Source: a virus
Direction: 5' to 3' (one strand)
Virus record (IMG/VR): IMGVR_UViG_3300024344_000004
Coordinates: 237 to 64,236 of that record
Length of the DNA: 64,000 nt
Shown: positions 45,243-55,198 of the stretch, piece by piece
Position numbering within the stretch: the first letter of the stretch is position 1
How the letters are laid out: each line of letters begins with the position of its first letter
Made by a program: the position numbers and the translations under genes
The notes under the pieces: model-generated
Databases searched by the model: none
What the model was told of the DNA's origin: nothing
Seen by the model: the letters and a program-made list of their open reading frames with translations, nothing else

Positions 45243-46418
45243 ATGAATGAAATGTTAGAAGGCTTTCTAAGTAAAGCTAAAGATAATGAGTCAGCATTAG
45301 ATTTGAAAGAACTTATGACAGCTGACGAATCTCTTCAGTGGGAAATATTAGTAAAAGCTATGGACTCTATCGATATTATGAATATAGGTAGAGACCTTGA
45401 AAAGATTACTAAAACATATCAGTTAGAGAAATGGCAAGAAATGTCTATCTTAGCTTATGTTAAAGTATTAGAGATGATGGTTAGACAGGCAAAAGAGAAT
45501 ACACCAGAAGCTTTCTCACCCGAAGCCCCACAACCACCTCAACACGATTCATACACAGGAAGTATGTTCGGATGAACTGTGGCCTTTGTAAGTGGGAGTT
45601 GGCTCCAGAATATATTAGATATAGAGACGTCAATGGTAATCCATACTGTCAACAATGTTATCAAATCATTGGAGGTCAGATATGAATGAAAGATGGGGAG
45701 CCTTTGACCGTATATGGGCTAAGGGTAAAACAGGTAAGATGGTTCAACGTCTCAAAGAGAAATGCATAATGAGGGGTTTAGAACCAACTGAGGAAAACTG
45801 TCGTGACTATTGGATGGGATATATTCGATATTATGTTGATGGTTGGACAGGACAGGGTCATCATGTGAACCCACGTAAAAACAAAATACTCATGAAACAA
45901 CTAAAAAGGAATCAAAACAGTGACAATAGAAGAAGACAGAAAGGCGGAAGAAAACCACCACACAAGATGGGCGGAAGAAATTCGCAAAAGAAACGCAAGG
46001 TATAGTGAAGAAAGTAATTGGTTTCCATTTGTTCAAAATATAGAAGATGTCTTATCTAGAATAGATAAGATGTCAGAACGCTTTGATGATTTGGAAAACA
46101 AAATAGGAGAGACACAAGGTATGATAAAGAACCTAAGAAAAATATTAATTAAGTTGGAGGTTATCGATGACAGATTCATCTTCTGAGCCCGACATGGGTG
46201 AGATGGCTGGTCAGTTAATGATGGCTAAAATGGATGCGAGTAAGATGACACATCTTTTACGCATCGGGACATTTCAATTAGAGATAAATCCTACATCAGA
46301 AGTTGATGTAGAAAAATTCTTTAGTGAAACATTAGATAAATTAATCTCAGCATATGGTGAAAAACTATTAGAGATTGATATCAAAACCGCTTCTGTGCAC
46401 GGCACAATGCATGGATAA
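45243..46418 (+). CDS. Run of small hypothetical ORFs (45243-45575, Zn-finger 45572-45685, 45682-46005, 45920-46186, 46167-46418)
   Basis: Co-oriented coupled ORFs; MNCGLC...CQQC translated by hand. Confidence 0.55.
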
Positions 46419-46436
46419 TGAAAGGAGGAAATAAAT

Positions 46437-46643
46437 ATGGCAGAAAAAAATAGCTTAGAACTAACAGCCGGATTGTTCCGGAACACTGATAAGAACGGAA
46501 ACATCTACTACTCAGGTAAGTCCGAAGGTGGAGATGAATATGTTATGTTCAGGAATACCTATTGGAAAGAAGGAAGTAACAAACCATACTTCAGACTAAT
46601 GAAAAGAACTGATGGAGCATCTACTCCAACAGTGGAGGACTAA
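46437..46643 (+). CDS. Small beta protein, possibly ssDNA-binding (DUF736-like)
   Basis: GLFRNTDKNGNIYYSG...VMFRN...KPYFRL pattern; GGAGG SD. Confidence 0.45.
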   Translation: MAEKNSLELTAGLFRNTDKNGNIYYSGKSEGGDEYVMFRNTYWKEGSNKPYFRLMKRTDGASTPTVED

Positions 46644-46644
46644 A

Positions 46645-47016
46645 ATGTATGGAAGAGATGCAGACCGTATGATGGATATGTGGTTGGACTTACTATCACA
46701 GATAGAACAAGTTCCCTCAGGCCGTCATGCCCTATCTACACTAAGTAGAAAGGATGTCTCAGTAAATGTAGAGAATGGCACCATAACAATCACAGCTGAA
46801 TTAGCTGGTTTGGATAAAGAACAGGTTGATGTGGAAGTCAGTAGTAGAACAGTCACTATCGTAGCCAACTCAGAGAGAAAGAACTTCAAATGGGAAGAGA
46901 CTTTTCTATTTGAGTTAGACCCAGAGTCTACAAAAGCTACTATGGTGAATGGTATACTAGACTTAGTCATAGAAAAGAAAGTGAAGACATCAGCTAAGAA
47001 AGTAGAGATAGAATGA
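46645..47016 (+). CDS. Small heat-shock protein (HSP20/alpha-crystallin)
   Basis: ITAELAGLDKEQVDVEV...DPESTKATMVNGILDL. Confidence 0.88.
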   Translation: MYGRDADRMMDMWLDLLSQIEQVPSGRHALSTLSRKDVSVNVENGTITITAELAGLDKEQVDVEVSSRTVTIVANSERKNFKWEETFLFELDPESTKATMVNGILDLVIEKKVKTSAKKVEIE

Positions 47017-47684
47017 GTAGAGACACAGATTGGTGCCAATCTACTAAAAGCGAGAGAGTTTGGTTATTAGACTCAATGACTGCTTTAGGACAATTTGCAT
47101 TCATAGCCCCTATACACAGGGTAAAACATTGGAACCCCACTACCAAGAAAAGAAATAAATGCTGGGCAAAAGAAGGTGAGTGTGTGTTTTGTAAGAATAG
47201 CACACCTAAGATAAATGAATTCACCTATGGGTTATACATATCGTCAGATAAGACTATTAAATATCTCACGCTTACAGTAGCATCTCATACACAAGCACAA
47301 CGTATTTTTTCTTCTTTGATAGAGAAAGGCATCAATCCTACTGATGTAGTCTTTGAATTTTCTTTTGGAAAAGTTAAGACTTCTTTCGGTAAGAGTGTCA
47401 ATGGTTATCAGATAGAACAAACTGAGAACGAAGTATTCGTAGCTGAGAAGTTCAGACCAAGTCTAACTAACAGCGAAGAACAATCATATACATGGACTGT
47501 GCCAGAAGAGATAGTAGAGTATCTGAAAGATAAAGATGGAGAACCAATAACAATGATAGATTTATTTTTATTGATGAAAGAACAATTCCCAGCAATAGAA
47601 GAGAAAGAACTTAAAAAGTATGCAGTAAAGTTATGTGAACATAATGTTCTCAACTTATTAAATGCGAGGCAGAAATGGATTTGA
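47013..47684 (+). CDS. Putative Zn-binding single-strand DNA-binding protein
   Basis: H...C...CVFC plus beta-rich core; upstream of the helicase. Confidence 0.45.
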   Translation: MSRDTDWCQSTKSERVWLLDSMTALGQFAFIAPIHRVKHWNPTTKKRNKCWAKEGECVFCKNSTPKINEFTYGLYISSDKTIKYLTLTVASHTQAQRIFSSLIEKGINPTDVVFEFSFGKVKTSFGKSVNGYQIEQTENEVFVAEKFRPSLTNSEEQSYTWTVPEEIVEYLKDKDGEPITMIDLFLLMKEQFPAIEEKELKKYAVKLCEHNVLNLLNARQKWI

Positions 47685-47763
47685 TAGAGTATATAACAAT
47701 AATGATGATTGTAGATGGCCCTATACTAGGTGCCTTTTACTTTTTATATAGGAAAATAACAAA

Positions 47764-49236
47764 ATGAAAAAATATGAAATATACGATTTGCTAAGATATT
47801 TTCACAATGCAAAGAAAAAAGACGGAACACTTTTCCCTATACTAGGAGAGGATTCGTTAGCTCTAACTACAAGTCTATCTTACTTGTTAGAAGATACTAA
47901 CTTCTGTATTAAAGCATACAGTGGAACAGGTAAGACTGTATTGATGGAAGCTGTGGCAAACCTACTTCCAGAGGAGTATGTCTACTCAGTAGAACATATG
48001 TCAGAGACAGCAATATGGTATGATGAGGATAAAATCAACAAAGCTAGATTTGTTTTTATTCCAGAAGCACAAAAGATACCAGAGGGTGTCATGGAAATCA
48101 TTAAAACATGGGCAGACGGGCGAACAGCCCAACGTAAAAAGACAGATGTTACTATCAAGATGGCAGTAACACAGTGGTTAAAACCTAAATATGTTTTGAT
48201 GGCAGTAGCAGTAGAGAATGATAAAGGTTCAGCTATGTTTGATGCTGAGTTAGAACGTAGATGTATGATTATGCATACAAACCCTACAGTCAAACAGACA
48301 GAAAGAGTTATCAAACATAAACTTTTACATTCAGCTTCACCAAAAGCCTCTATGTCTTCAATGTCAGATAAAGAAATAAAAGATTTAAAGAAACACATAC
48401 TAACTACATTGAGAGAAAGAGACGAAGATGATGCGACTGTATTAAAGAATCCATGCGCCCCATTTCTATTTGACGCAATACCATCAGCATTCCCTGTATC
48501 ACGGTCGAAGGTTCAGTATCTATTGAAGTTGATTAATGCTATAGCAAGGTTTTATCCAGATGAGATAGTTAAAGTCAAACAAGATGGTATACAATATGGA
48601 CTAGTATCACCTAAACATAACTGGCTCGGACTGAGAATATATCTTAACTCATTTGTAGAAGAATGCTTACATATGCCAAGTCATGGAACAGACATACTTA
48701 AACTATTTCCCGAAACTAGATTAGATAGGTTTGGTTTTGCAGATAGTGAGACAGTTAAGATGTCAGAGAATGAATTGAAAAAGGCTGCTAAATCAGCTGG
48801 TCTACCATTTACCAAATTAAGACCAGTTATAGCAGGTTTAATGATGACAGGGTTCTTAGAGTGTGATGAAGAAGGAAGTAAAAAACTTTACTATAAGAGC
48901 CCACTCATTACAGAACCAGTATCAAAAATAAATTGGAGTGATTTAATTGAAGAAACGAAAGAGTTTATACGAAAAGAGTGGCCTAAAGTATCTGATGAAT
49001 ACATTGGGCGCAGTTGTAGCAGTATCAGGATTGTTGACCCGTTTAGTGGGGACAACATTGAACTGGGTGCGAGAGCAGAGACAGCGGTAGAAGTTGACAC
49101 TGGTGATTATCCGTCAGTGTTCAAGTCTTCTAGTGACGCTAAGATTAAAGACTACGAGTCTTTTCTACTAAATGCAGAGGGAGATTACAATGACGAAGAA
49201 GACAAAGCAGTCAGAGAATACTTTCAGAAGAAGTAG
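47764..49236 (+). CDS. MCM-like AAA+ P-loop NTPase/replicative helicase
   Basis: AYSGTGKT Walker A, FIPEAQK variant Walker B, ELERR arginine finger. Confidence 0.7.
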   Translation: MKKYEIYDLLRYFHNAKKKDGTLFPILGEDSLALTTSLSYLLEDTNFCIKAYSGTGKTVLMEAVANLLPEEYVYSVEHMSETAIWYDEDKINKARFVFIPEAQKIPEGVMEIIKTWADGRTAQRKKTDVTIKMAVTQWLKPKYVLMAVAVENDKGSAMFDAELERRCMIMHTNPTVKQTERVIKHKLLHSASPKASMSSMSDKEIKDLKKHILTTLRERDEDDATVLKNPCAPFLFDAIPSAFPVSRSKVQYLLKLINAIARFYPDEIVKVKQDGIQYGLVSPKHNWLGLRIYLNSFVEECLHMPSHGTDILKLFPETRLDRFGFADSETVKMSENELKKAAKSAGLPFTKLRPVIAGLMMTGFLECDEEGSKKLYYKSPLITEPVSKINWSDLIEETKEFIRKEWPKVSDEYIGRSCSSIRIVDPFSGDNIELGARAETAVEVDTGDYPSVFKSSSDAKIKDYESFLLNAEGDYNDEEDKAVREYFQKK

Positions 49237-49504
49237 ACTTCCTAAGCGAGATGAGATGTTTGCAGTAGTCATAGAGATGTCAGGGGGTTCTAGAATGAGA
49301 GCCCTCTGTGCAGACAGTAAAACCCGCATGATTAGAATCGGTGGTAAACTGAAGAAAAGAATGTGGTGTAGAGAGAATGATTTAATTATAGTTAAGCCTT
49401 GGGTTATACAGAGTGACCAAAAGGCAGACTTAGTTTATAGGTATCTCCCTACTGAGAGAAAGAATATAAGTAAAAAAATACCAGAGGAGTTAAACATATG
49501 GTGA
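49190..49504 (+). CDS. eif1a: Archaeal translation initiation factor aIF-1A (eIF1A)
   Basis: RLPKR.EMFAVV.EMSGGSRMRALC.D.KTRMIRIGGKLKKRMW.RE.DLIIVKPW..Q.DQKADLVYRY. Confidence 0.93.
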   Translation: MTKKTKQSENTFRRSRLPKRDEMFAVVIEMSGGSRMRALCADSKTRMIRIGGKLKKRMWCRENDLIIVKPWVIQSDQKADLVYRYLPTERKNISKKIPEELNIW

Positions 49505-49818
49505 AAGGAATAGAAGCTACCTATTTGGATTTTACTCGCAAGACAGCGAAATATCCAAAGCGTAGAGAGAAAGAATACCTAATGATAGGTTTGATGAATG
49601 AGGCCGGAGAAGTCGGTGGTGCATTCAAAAAAGAAATACGAGATAGAGTAGACAACACAGAACTCATTATAGATGAGATGGGTGATGTTTTATGGTATCT
49701 CCAGAGATTGTGTGATGTTTATGATATAAAGTTATCAGAACTCATGGTCAACAATATGGACAAACTATTTAATAGAATGTCACCGGAAGAAGCTGAAGCA
49801 TTCAGAGAAGGTCAATGA
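49498..49818 (+). CDS. MazG-like nucleotide pyrophosphohydrolase
   Basis: GLMNEAGEVGGAFKK...DEMGDVLWY. Confidence 0.88.
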   Translation: MVKGIEATYLDFTRKTAKYPKRREKEYLMIGLMNEAGEVGGAFKKEIRDRVDNTELIIDEMGDVLWYLQRLCDVYDIKLSELMVNNMDKLFNRMSPEEAEAFREGQ

Positions 49819-50081
49819 CCAAAATACAAACAGCTGCATCTTCCAACCCCTCACTAACAGTGAGCACAGAAGATGAGAAAGAACAATGGATTCAAATACT
49901 TACAGCAGCTGCTAACTACCATTGGGATATGTCAGGTCAATTTGAACCTGATATTAAAACCTCAGACCAGAGTGGTGAGATGGAACAGGTAGCTAAGGTT
50001 CACAGAGGGTGGGCCAGAGCTATCCAAGAATCAGTTCAATTGATAAGATTTTGGAAAGCTGAGAAGGAAGAAGAAGAATGA
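49815..50081 (+). CDS. Hypothetical protein
   Basis: 88 aa coupled ORF. Confidence 0.55.
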   Translation: MTKIQTAASSNPSLTVSTEDEKEQWIQILTAAANYHWDMSGQFEPDIKTSDQSGEMEQVAKVHRGWARAIQESVQLIRFWKAEKEEEE

Positions 50082-52312
50082 AAGTTCCCCTCATAGCTAG
50101 TATTAACAAACGCACAATCAACTTAACAGATAAATCTTTGATGGTCAAGATGTATAGGAATGGTGAAGTCGACGCAGTTAAGTCACCTTACACACCATAC
50201 TTCTATACTGAGGACGAAACGGGAGAAACGAAGAAACTCGTTGGTTCAGACAAAACAGTGAACCTAAAGAAACACACCTACACACCGGGTAGAGACCACG
50301 TTCCTACCCACGCACTCTTTGATGGTGGAAGGGAAGCATTACTCGAAAGGTTATGCATAGAACATCCTAAGTTCTTTGCAGACTATCCTAACGACAAAGA
50401 TGTAAAATGCCTAGTGTTCGATATAGAAACACACTCCCCAGATGGGACATTTCCTTTTGGAGAAAAGTATCCCATTGTTGCCATTGGCATTGTAACTTCT
50501 ACTGGAGAGCGCAAAGTGTTCTTATGGGATAATGAGAAAGAAGATGATAAACAACTATTATGGGACTTCGCTAATTATATACAAGATTATGACCCTGACA
50601 TTATTACGGGGTGGAATCTTGTGGGTTATGATATTCCACAGATTCTCCACAGGGTTCGTTACAATCATATAAATGAGTCTCAGTATAAGAAACACCTGAA
50701 CCGAGATGGTTCGGACTGGGGGTATGAACCACCCAAAGACAACAGAGAACTTAAGATGAACGCTGGTGGTAGAGTCATACTAGACCTACTACGATGGGCT
50801 AGATTAGATTATAGTCTATCAGGATTACCACGCGGTCTCAAGCAAGTATCACAAGCATTCGGACTAGACCCTATCGAGCTCGACTTCGCACACAAAACTC
50901 TGATGGACTACTCACTACAAGAAATCGAAGACTACGTTCTGTCTGATGTGGACTGCACAATGTTTATGTATAACCACTACTTTCCACAAATACAATACGT
51001 AGCAGAGGTTCTCTGTGTCCCCTTAGCGACCTATATAAACGCCCCCAGTAGCTACATTACGAAAATTCTACAGGGCAGGTCTCTCTATGAGCAGGGCATA
51101 GTAGCGCTTGATAGAAATAGAGAGCGACATCCAGATATATTTAGATTTGATAAAGGTAATTATCAAGCTGCACATATCCAATTGTATAAACCGGGCTTCG
51201 AAGCTAAGAACTTCAAGATTGATTTCAGTTCGTATTATCCCTCTATAGCGATGGCTCTCAACTTAGGGCCTGATACGACTAGAATCGTAGGCTATGACGA
51301 CTATACACCAGACATAGAGTTTAAGGATGGAATCCTCTATGTTCCCGATAATAAAGTAGATAAAAGATTGATGGTCAAGATTGATAGAAGTAAGAACAGT
51401 TGTTTGTATGATATGTGTTCTACATTTAAAGAGATGCGTAAACCTTATAAACTTGGAAAGACTAAAGAGGACAAGAGTAAATCCGATGCTCTTAAAATAA
51501 TGGTGAATACATTCTATGGTGCAAATGCTAATCCTTATATTTCTTACGGCGACATGGCTGTGGGTATTACTATCACCGCGATGGCAAGGTTCCTCATTCT
51601 TTCAGCGGTCGATATCATCCGTGGCAGATATGGAAAAGATGCTGTGGTATATGTTCATACAGATGGGATTAATACTAATGTGGATGTGGACGAAAGATGG
51701 TTAACTAATAGGCTACGTAAACTTTTAGATTATAAATTAAATAGTCAGTGTGAATCAGTTCATATAGATATGGATAAAGATGAATACCTCGAAGGAGTAT
51801 GGATTCAGGTTGGTAATTATATATTACGTAACTTGGATGGTAGTGTTACGAAGCATGGAAGCACGTTTAAATCTAAGAGCCGCTCTATATTCTATAATAA
51901 GGTGTTAGATAGGTTATCCGACGCTCGGTTAAATAACACCGTTACAAATTCATTTGTAGATAAATTATATAACTTAGATGGATATGTATTAGAAGATTTT
52001 ATTATGCGTAGGTCAACTAATAGAGGGTATGATGATTATAAATCAGATACCGATTTAACAGTTCAACTAATGAATCTAGGTATACAAATAGGAATGGAAC
52101 CAGCAGAAGGAACTACTTACTTCTATGCTAAGACAAAGGAAGGTTATCGTCTTAAAGAACAAATCAAATCAGTTGATGAAATAGATATTACATACTATTG
52201 GGACACAATATCTAACCTATTAATTAAATTTAATTTAAAAGATTATGTAAAGAAGAAGCCACCTTTAACATTATTAGATAAAAAACAACAATCACTAGCG
52301 GAGTGGATATAA
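50078..52312 (+). CDS. polB: Family B DNA polymerase
   Basis: DIETH (ExoI), WNLVGYD (ExoII), YVLSD (ExoIII), DFSSYYPS, KIMVNTFYG, YVHTDG. Confidence 0.96.
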   Translation: MKVPLIASINKRTINLTDKSLMVKMYRNGEVDAVKSPYTPYFYTEDETGETKKLVGSDKTVNLKKHTYTPGRDHVPTHALFDGGREALLERLCIEHPKFFADYPNDKDVKCLVFDIETHSPDGTFPFGEKYPIVAIGIVTSTGERKVFLWDNEKEDDKQLLWDFANYIQDYDPDIITGWNLVGYDIPQILHRVRYNHINESQYKKHLNRDGSDWGYEPPKDNRELKMNAGGRVILDLLRWARLDYSLSGLPRGLKQVSQAFGLDPIELDFAHKTLMDYSLQEIEDYVLSDVDCTMFMYNHYFPQIQYVAEVLCVPLATYINAPSSYITKILQGRSLYEQGIVALDRNRERHPDIFRFDKGNYQAAHIQLYKPGFEAKNFKIDFSSYYPSIAMALNLGPDTTRIVGYDDYTPDIEFKDGILYVPDNKVDKRLMVKIDRSKNSCLYDMCSTFKEMRKPYKLGKTKEDKSKSDALKIMVNTFYGANANPYISYGDMAVGITITAMARFLILSAVDIIRGRYGKDAVVYVHTDGINTNVDVDERWLTNRLRKLLDYKLNSQCESVHIDMDKDEYLEGVWIQVGNYILRNLDGSVTKHGSTFKSKSRSIFYNKVLDRLSDARLNNTVTNSFVDKLYNLDGYVLEDFIMRRSTNRGYDDYKSDTDLTVQLMNLGIQIGMEPAEGTTYFYAKTKEGYRLKEQIKSVDEIDITYYWDTISNLLIKFNLKDYVKKKPPLTLLDKKQQSLAEWI

Positions 52313-52701
52313 TGCCAGCAAGAAAATATAAAGACCCGTTTGGTAGATTATGGTATAATGTAAAGAAGAGTGCAGACTATGGACCTAAGGGTTATGCAGG
52401 TCAAAAGAAATTAAAACCTAACTATAAACCAAAGAAGATAGATTTCGATGCAGATGATTTAAAAGATATATTTTTTAATAAACAGAATGGTAAGTGTTAT
52501 TGGTTGAACATACCGTTAGACCCAGAATGGACTAATGTGTCATGGCACCCACTTGCATTAAGTGTAGATAGAATCCGTTGCGGAGAAGATTACACCAAAG
52601 ACAATATTGTGATATGTTCTCGTATGTCCAATGTTGGTAGAAGTAAATATGACGAGGAAAAATTTAAGGAAGTAATATCTTATATCAAGGCAAATCTTTA
52701 A
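52303..52701 (+). CDS. HNH-like endonuclease domain protein
   Basis: GKCYW...LSVDRI...YTKDNIVICS..N. Confidence 0.65.
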   Translation: MDIMPARKYKDPFGRLWYNVKKSADYGPKGYAGQKKLKPNYKPKKIDFDADDLKDIFFNKQNGKCYWLNIPLDPEWTNVSWHPLALSVDRIRCGEDYTKDNIVICSRMSNVGRSKYDEEKFKEVISYIKANL

Positions 52702-52772
52702 ATACTTCTGTAGGTAATAATTATATTAAGGACAGCTCGTTGCTGCTCCTTACCCCCGTGGGAAGTGATATA

Positions 52773-52967
52773 ATGGATGAAAAAGAAAGTAAACCGTTGT
52801 CAGCCTTTTTGTCTGACGCAGAAGTCAAAGTGGTTTGGCGTGAAGAAGAAAGAACTAAAGTAGGAAGAGGAATGATAACGAATGATGATGAAAATTTTGT
52901 ATACCTTACTGGAGAAAAGGGAACCGTTATTGTTAATAAAAGAGATATTATTGCTATAAAACAATAG
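52773..52967 (+). CDS. Sm/LSm-like small beta protein
   Basis: VKVVW...RGMITNDDENFVYL...VIVNKRDIIAIK; own promoter and 5-prime hairpin 52737-52760. Confidence 0.5.
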   Translation: MDEKESKPLSAFLSDAEVKVVWREEERTKVGRGMITNDDENFVYLTGEKGTVIVNKRDIIAIKQ

Positions 52968-52972
52968 AGGAA

Positions 52973-54463
52973 TTGATGAATACAGAGACAACAGTAGGTC
53001 GTAGAGACATTGAATTAAAGTGGGAACACCCTAAAAAAGGTAAGTTAAGAATAATGCCAATATCAGATAGCCCTTGGGCTCCAACTGGTTTTGGAACTAA
53101 CACAAAAAATCTAAGTTGTGTATTGCATAACGAGGGTCATCACATAGGTTTTGCAGGATGTCAGAACCCTGCACACGCTAAGTGGTGGACACCATGGCCT
53201 TTAGGTCAAACTGAGAAAGAATCTTACTTTGAGTTATTACCATTAATGCATCCGGGCCAAGAGAAGTTTGGAGAAAAATCTTTTCCAACATGGGTTAAAA
53301 ACTTTAAACCAGATTTAATATTAGGACATTTAGATTTTCAGATGTTTAAACATATCACAGATTCTAAAGCTCCTACTCATGTTCAGTTTCCTTTAGTCAA
53401 TGAAAAAGGAGATTTGTTATCAAGAACAGAGAGAGTAAAACTTTTAAATAAAGCATATAAAGATTATGCTAAAGGGACTCCATGGAAATTAGGTGTAATA
53501 ATACCTTATGATGGTGAACCTTCTATGCCTAGTTGGAAGCTACAATTGAATCAGATTGATTATCCTATAGCTATGTCTCGTTATGGTCAACAAGGACTAC
53601 TTAAAGACTTCGACGTAGAGGCTACATATATACCTCATGGTGTAGATACTAATCTCTTTAAACCTATTCTCAATCCTACTTATGAATTTAATGGTAAAAC
53701 AATTACTAGACCTAAATCGTTTGTAGTAGGTTGTGTAGCTAGAAACCAACATAGAAAGAACATACCTAGGTTAATCAAAGGATTTGCTCAGTTTGTAAAG
53801 GAGCATAATCTCAGTCCAGATGATGCTAAGTTATTATTGCATATGGATTGGAGTGATTATATGGGTTGGAAGTTCCCTGAGTTTGCTGCCCAATATGGTG
53901 TAGCCGAATATCTTATGGAACCAACTATGGGAACTCTAGATACAGGACAAGCACTTACTGAAGAAGGAATGGCAAATCTCTACAATATGATGGATGTGTT
54001 TGTATTACCTACAGCTGGTGAAGGTTTTGGTATACCTACTCTGGAGGCGATGTCGTGTGGTGTCCCTATTTGTGTAACAAACTATACTACAGGGTGGGAA
54101 TTAGTAAAGAGTGACGACCCTGAGAAAGAAGACATACCTATGTATCCTTTGGGTGGTCATCACAATGACGCATCACCAAATGGTAGAGACCATCTAGAAG
54201 AAGAAGATATTTGTGAAAGAGGTATATTATTACCTTATAAAGATATGTGGTGGGATACACCACAGAGAGCAGCTCCACAAAGAGCTATATGTAGTGAAAA
54301 TGCTATAAGTCAAGCATTAACACACTACTACAAAGATATATCTGCTAAACTAAATGCAGGTAAAGCAGCCAGAAAACATGCAGTAAAACACTATAGTTGG
54401 GAAGTTATAGGGCAGAAATGGATAGATTGGGCTGAAAAAGTAACAGAGGAAATAAAGAAATGA
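52973..54463 (+). CDS. GT-B (GT4-like) glycosyltransferase
   Basis: TGFG, YIPHGVD, VGCVARNQHRKN, DVFVLPTAGEGFGIPTLEAMSCG. Confidence 0.92.
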   Translation: MMNTETTVGRRDIELKWEHPKKGKLRIMPISDSPWAPTGFGTNTKNLSCVLHNEGHHIGFAGCQNPAHAKWWTPWPLGQTEKESYFELLPLMHPGQEKFGEKSFPTWVKNFKPDLILGHLDFQMFKHITDSKAPTHVQFPLVNEKGDLLSRTERVKLLNKAYKDYAKGTPWKLGVIIPYDGEPSMPSWKLQLNQIDYPIAMSRYGQQGLLKDFDVEATYIPHGVDTNLFKPILNPTYEFNGKTITRPKSFVVGCVARNQHRKNIPRLIKGFAQFVKEHNLSPDDAKLLLHMDWSDYMGWKFPEFAAQYGVAEYLMEPTMGTLDTGQALTEEGMANLYNMMDVFVLPTAGEGFGIPTLEAMSCGVPICVTNYTTGWELVKSDDPEKEDIPMYPLGGHHNDASPNGRDHLEEEDICERGILLPYKDMWWDTPQRAAPQRAICSENAISQALTHYYKDISAKLNAGKAARKHAVKHYSWEVIGQKWIDWAEKVTEEIKK

Positions 54464-54825
54464 ATTTAGTATTTGGAATGGATGGAGTCATATGTACTCC
54501 ATGTAAAGACTACAGTGATGTAGAAAGAGCTAAACCATTAGCTAACGTAAAAGATTTTATGACATGGTTAATGAAGAATGAACACCACATAACTATATGG
54601 TGTAAAAGACCTAACTCTTTAGATTGGGTTATGGCAACAAAAGAATGGTTAGCTGACAATGCTATACCTTACAGTCGTTTGTTATTTGACAGACCTTACA
54701 ATCCTGTAATGGTAAGTGAAACCCCAAGTAATGCTAAATATTATAAGCATGAAGGTGATTTAGGTATTGTTTCTCAATTGTTCGAGGAGTGGAAAGATGA
54801 CTACGTTGCACAACAAAAAAGTTAA
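54460..54825 (+). CDS. HAD-fold protein with degenerate catalytic motif
   Basis: FGMDGVIC (DxD lost), ITIW, TKEWL....IPY..L.FDRP. Confidence 0.65.
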   Translation: MNLVFGMDGVICTPCKDYSDVERAKPLANVKDFMTWLMKNEHHITIWCKRPNSLDWVMATKEWLADNAIPYSRLLFDRPYNPVMVSETPSNAKYYKHEGDLGIVSQLFEEWKDDYVAQQKS

Positions 54826-55198
54826 TACTAGAAACGGACAGATGTTAGATAACACTAAGAGAAAGGGTGAAACCTTAGGTAGTGTTGGTCCGTTTGTAAA
54901 GGTAACTTGGAACGATGCAGCTAGCACTTTTAAAACATATGTAATAAATGGAGACAATCCATCAGAACACCTTACAATATGTGAAACAGTAGGTGAATTA
55001 GTTGCTAAAGATGATAAAGCAATAGTTGTGATAATGCACGGCTCACAGTGTGATGGGTGTGATATCATGGCGATACCAACAGATTGGTGTCAAAAGATAG
55101 AAGTATTAGAAAAGGTAGGAGAATGTATTTCAGAGAATTTGGAATCCCAGCAAGAATTGGAAGATGCTACAACATCGACCAACTTGAAGAAAGAGTAA
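54767..55198 (+). CDS. Hypothetical, Sm-like beta fold likely
   Basis: VKVTWNDA...CETVGELV...IP..W; true start probably 54797 or later. Confidence 0.45.
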   Translation: MFLNCSRSGKMTTLHNKKVNTRNGQMLDNTKRKGETLGSVGPFVKVTWNDAASTFKTYVINGDNPSEHLTICETVGELVAKDDKAIVVIMHGSQCDGCDIMAIPTDWCQKIEVLEKVGECISENLESQQELEDATTSTNLKKE

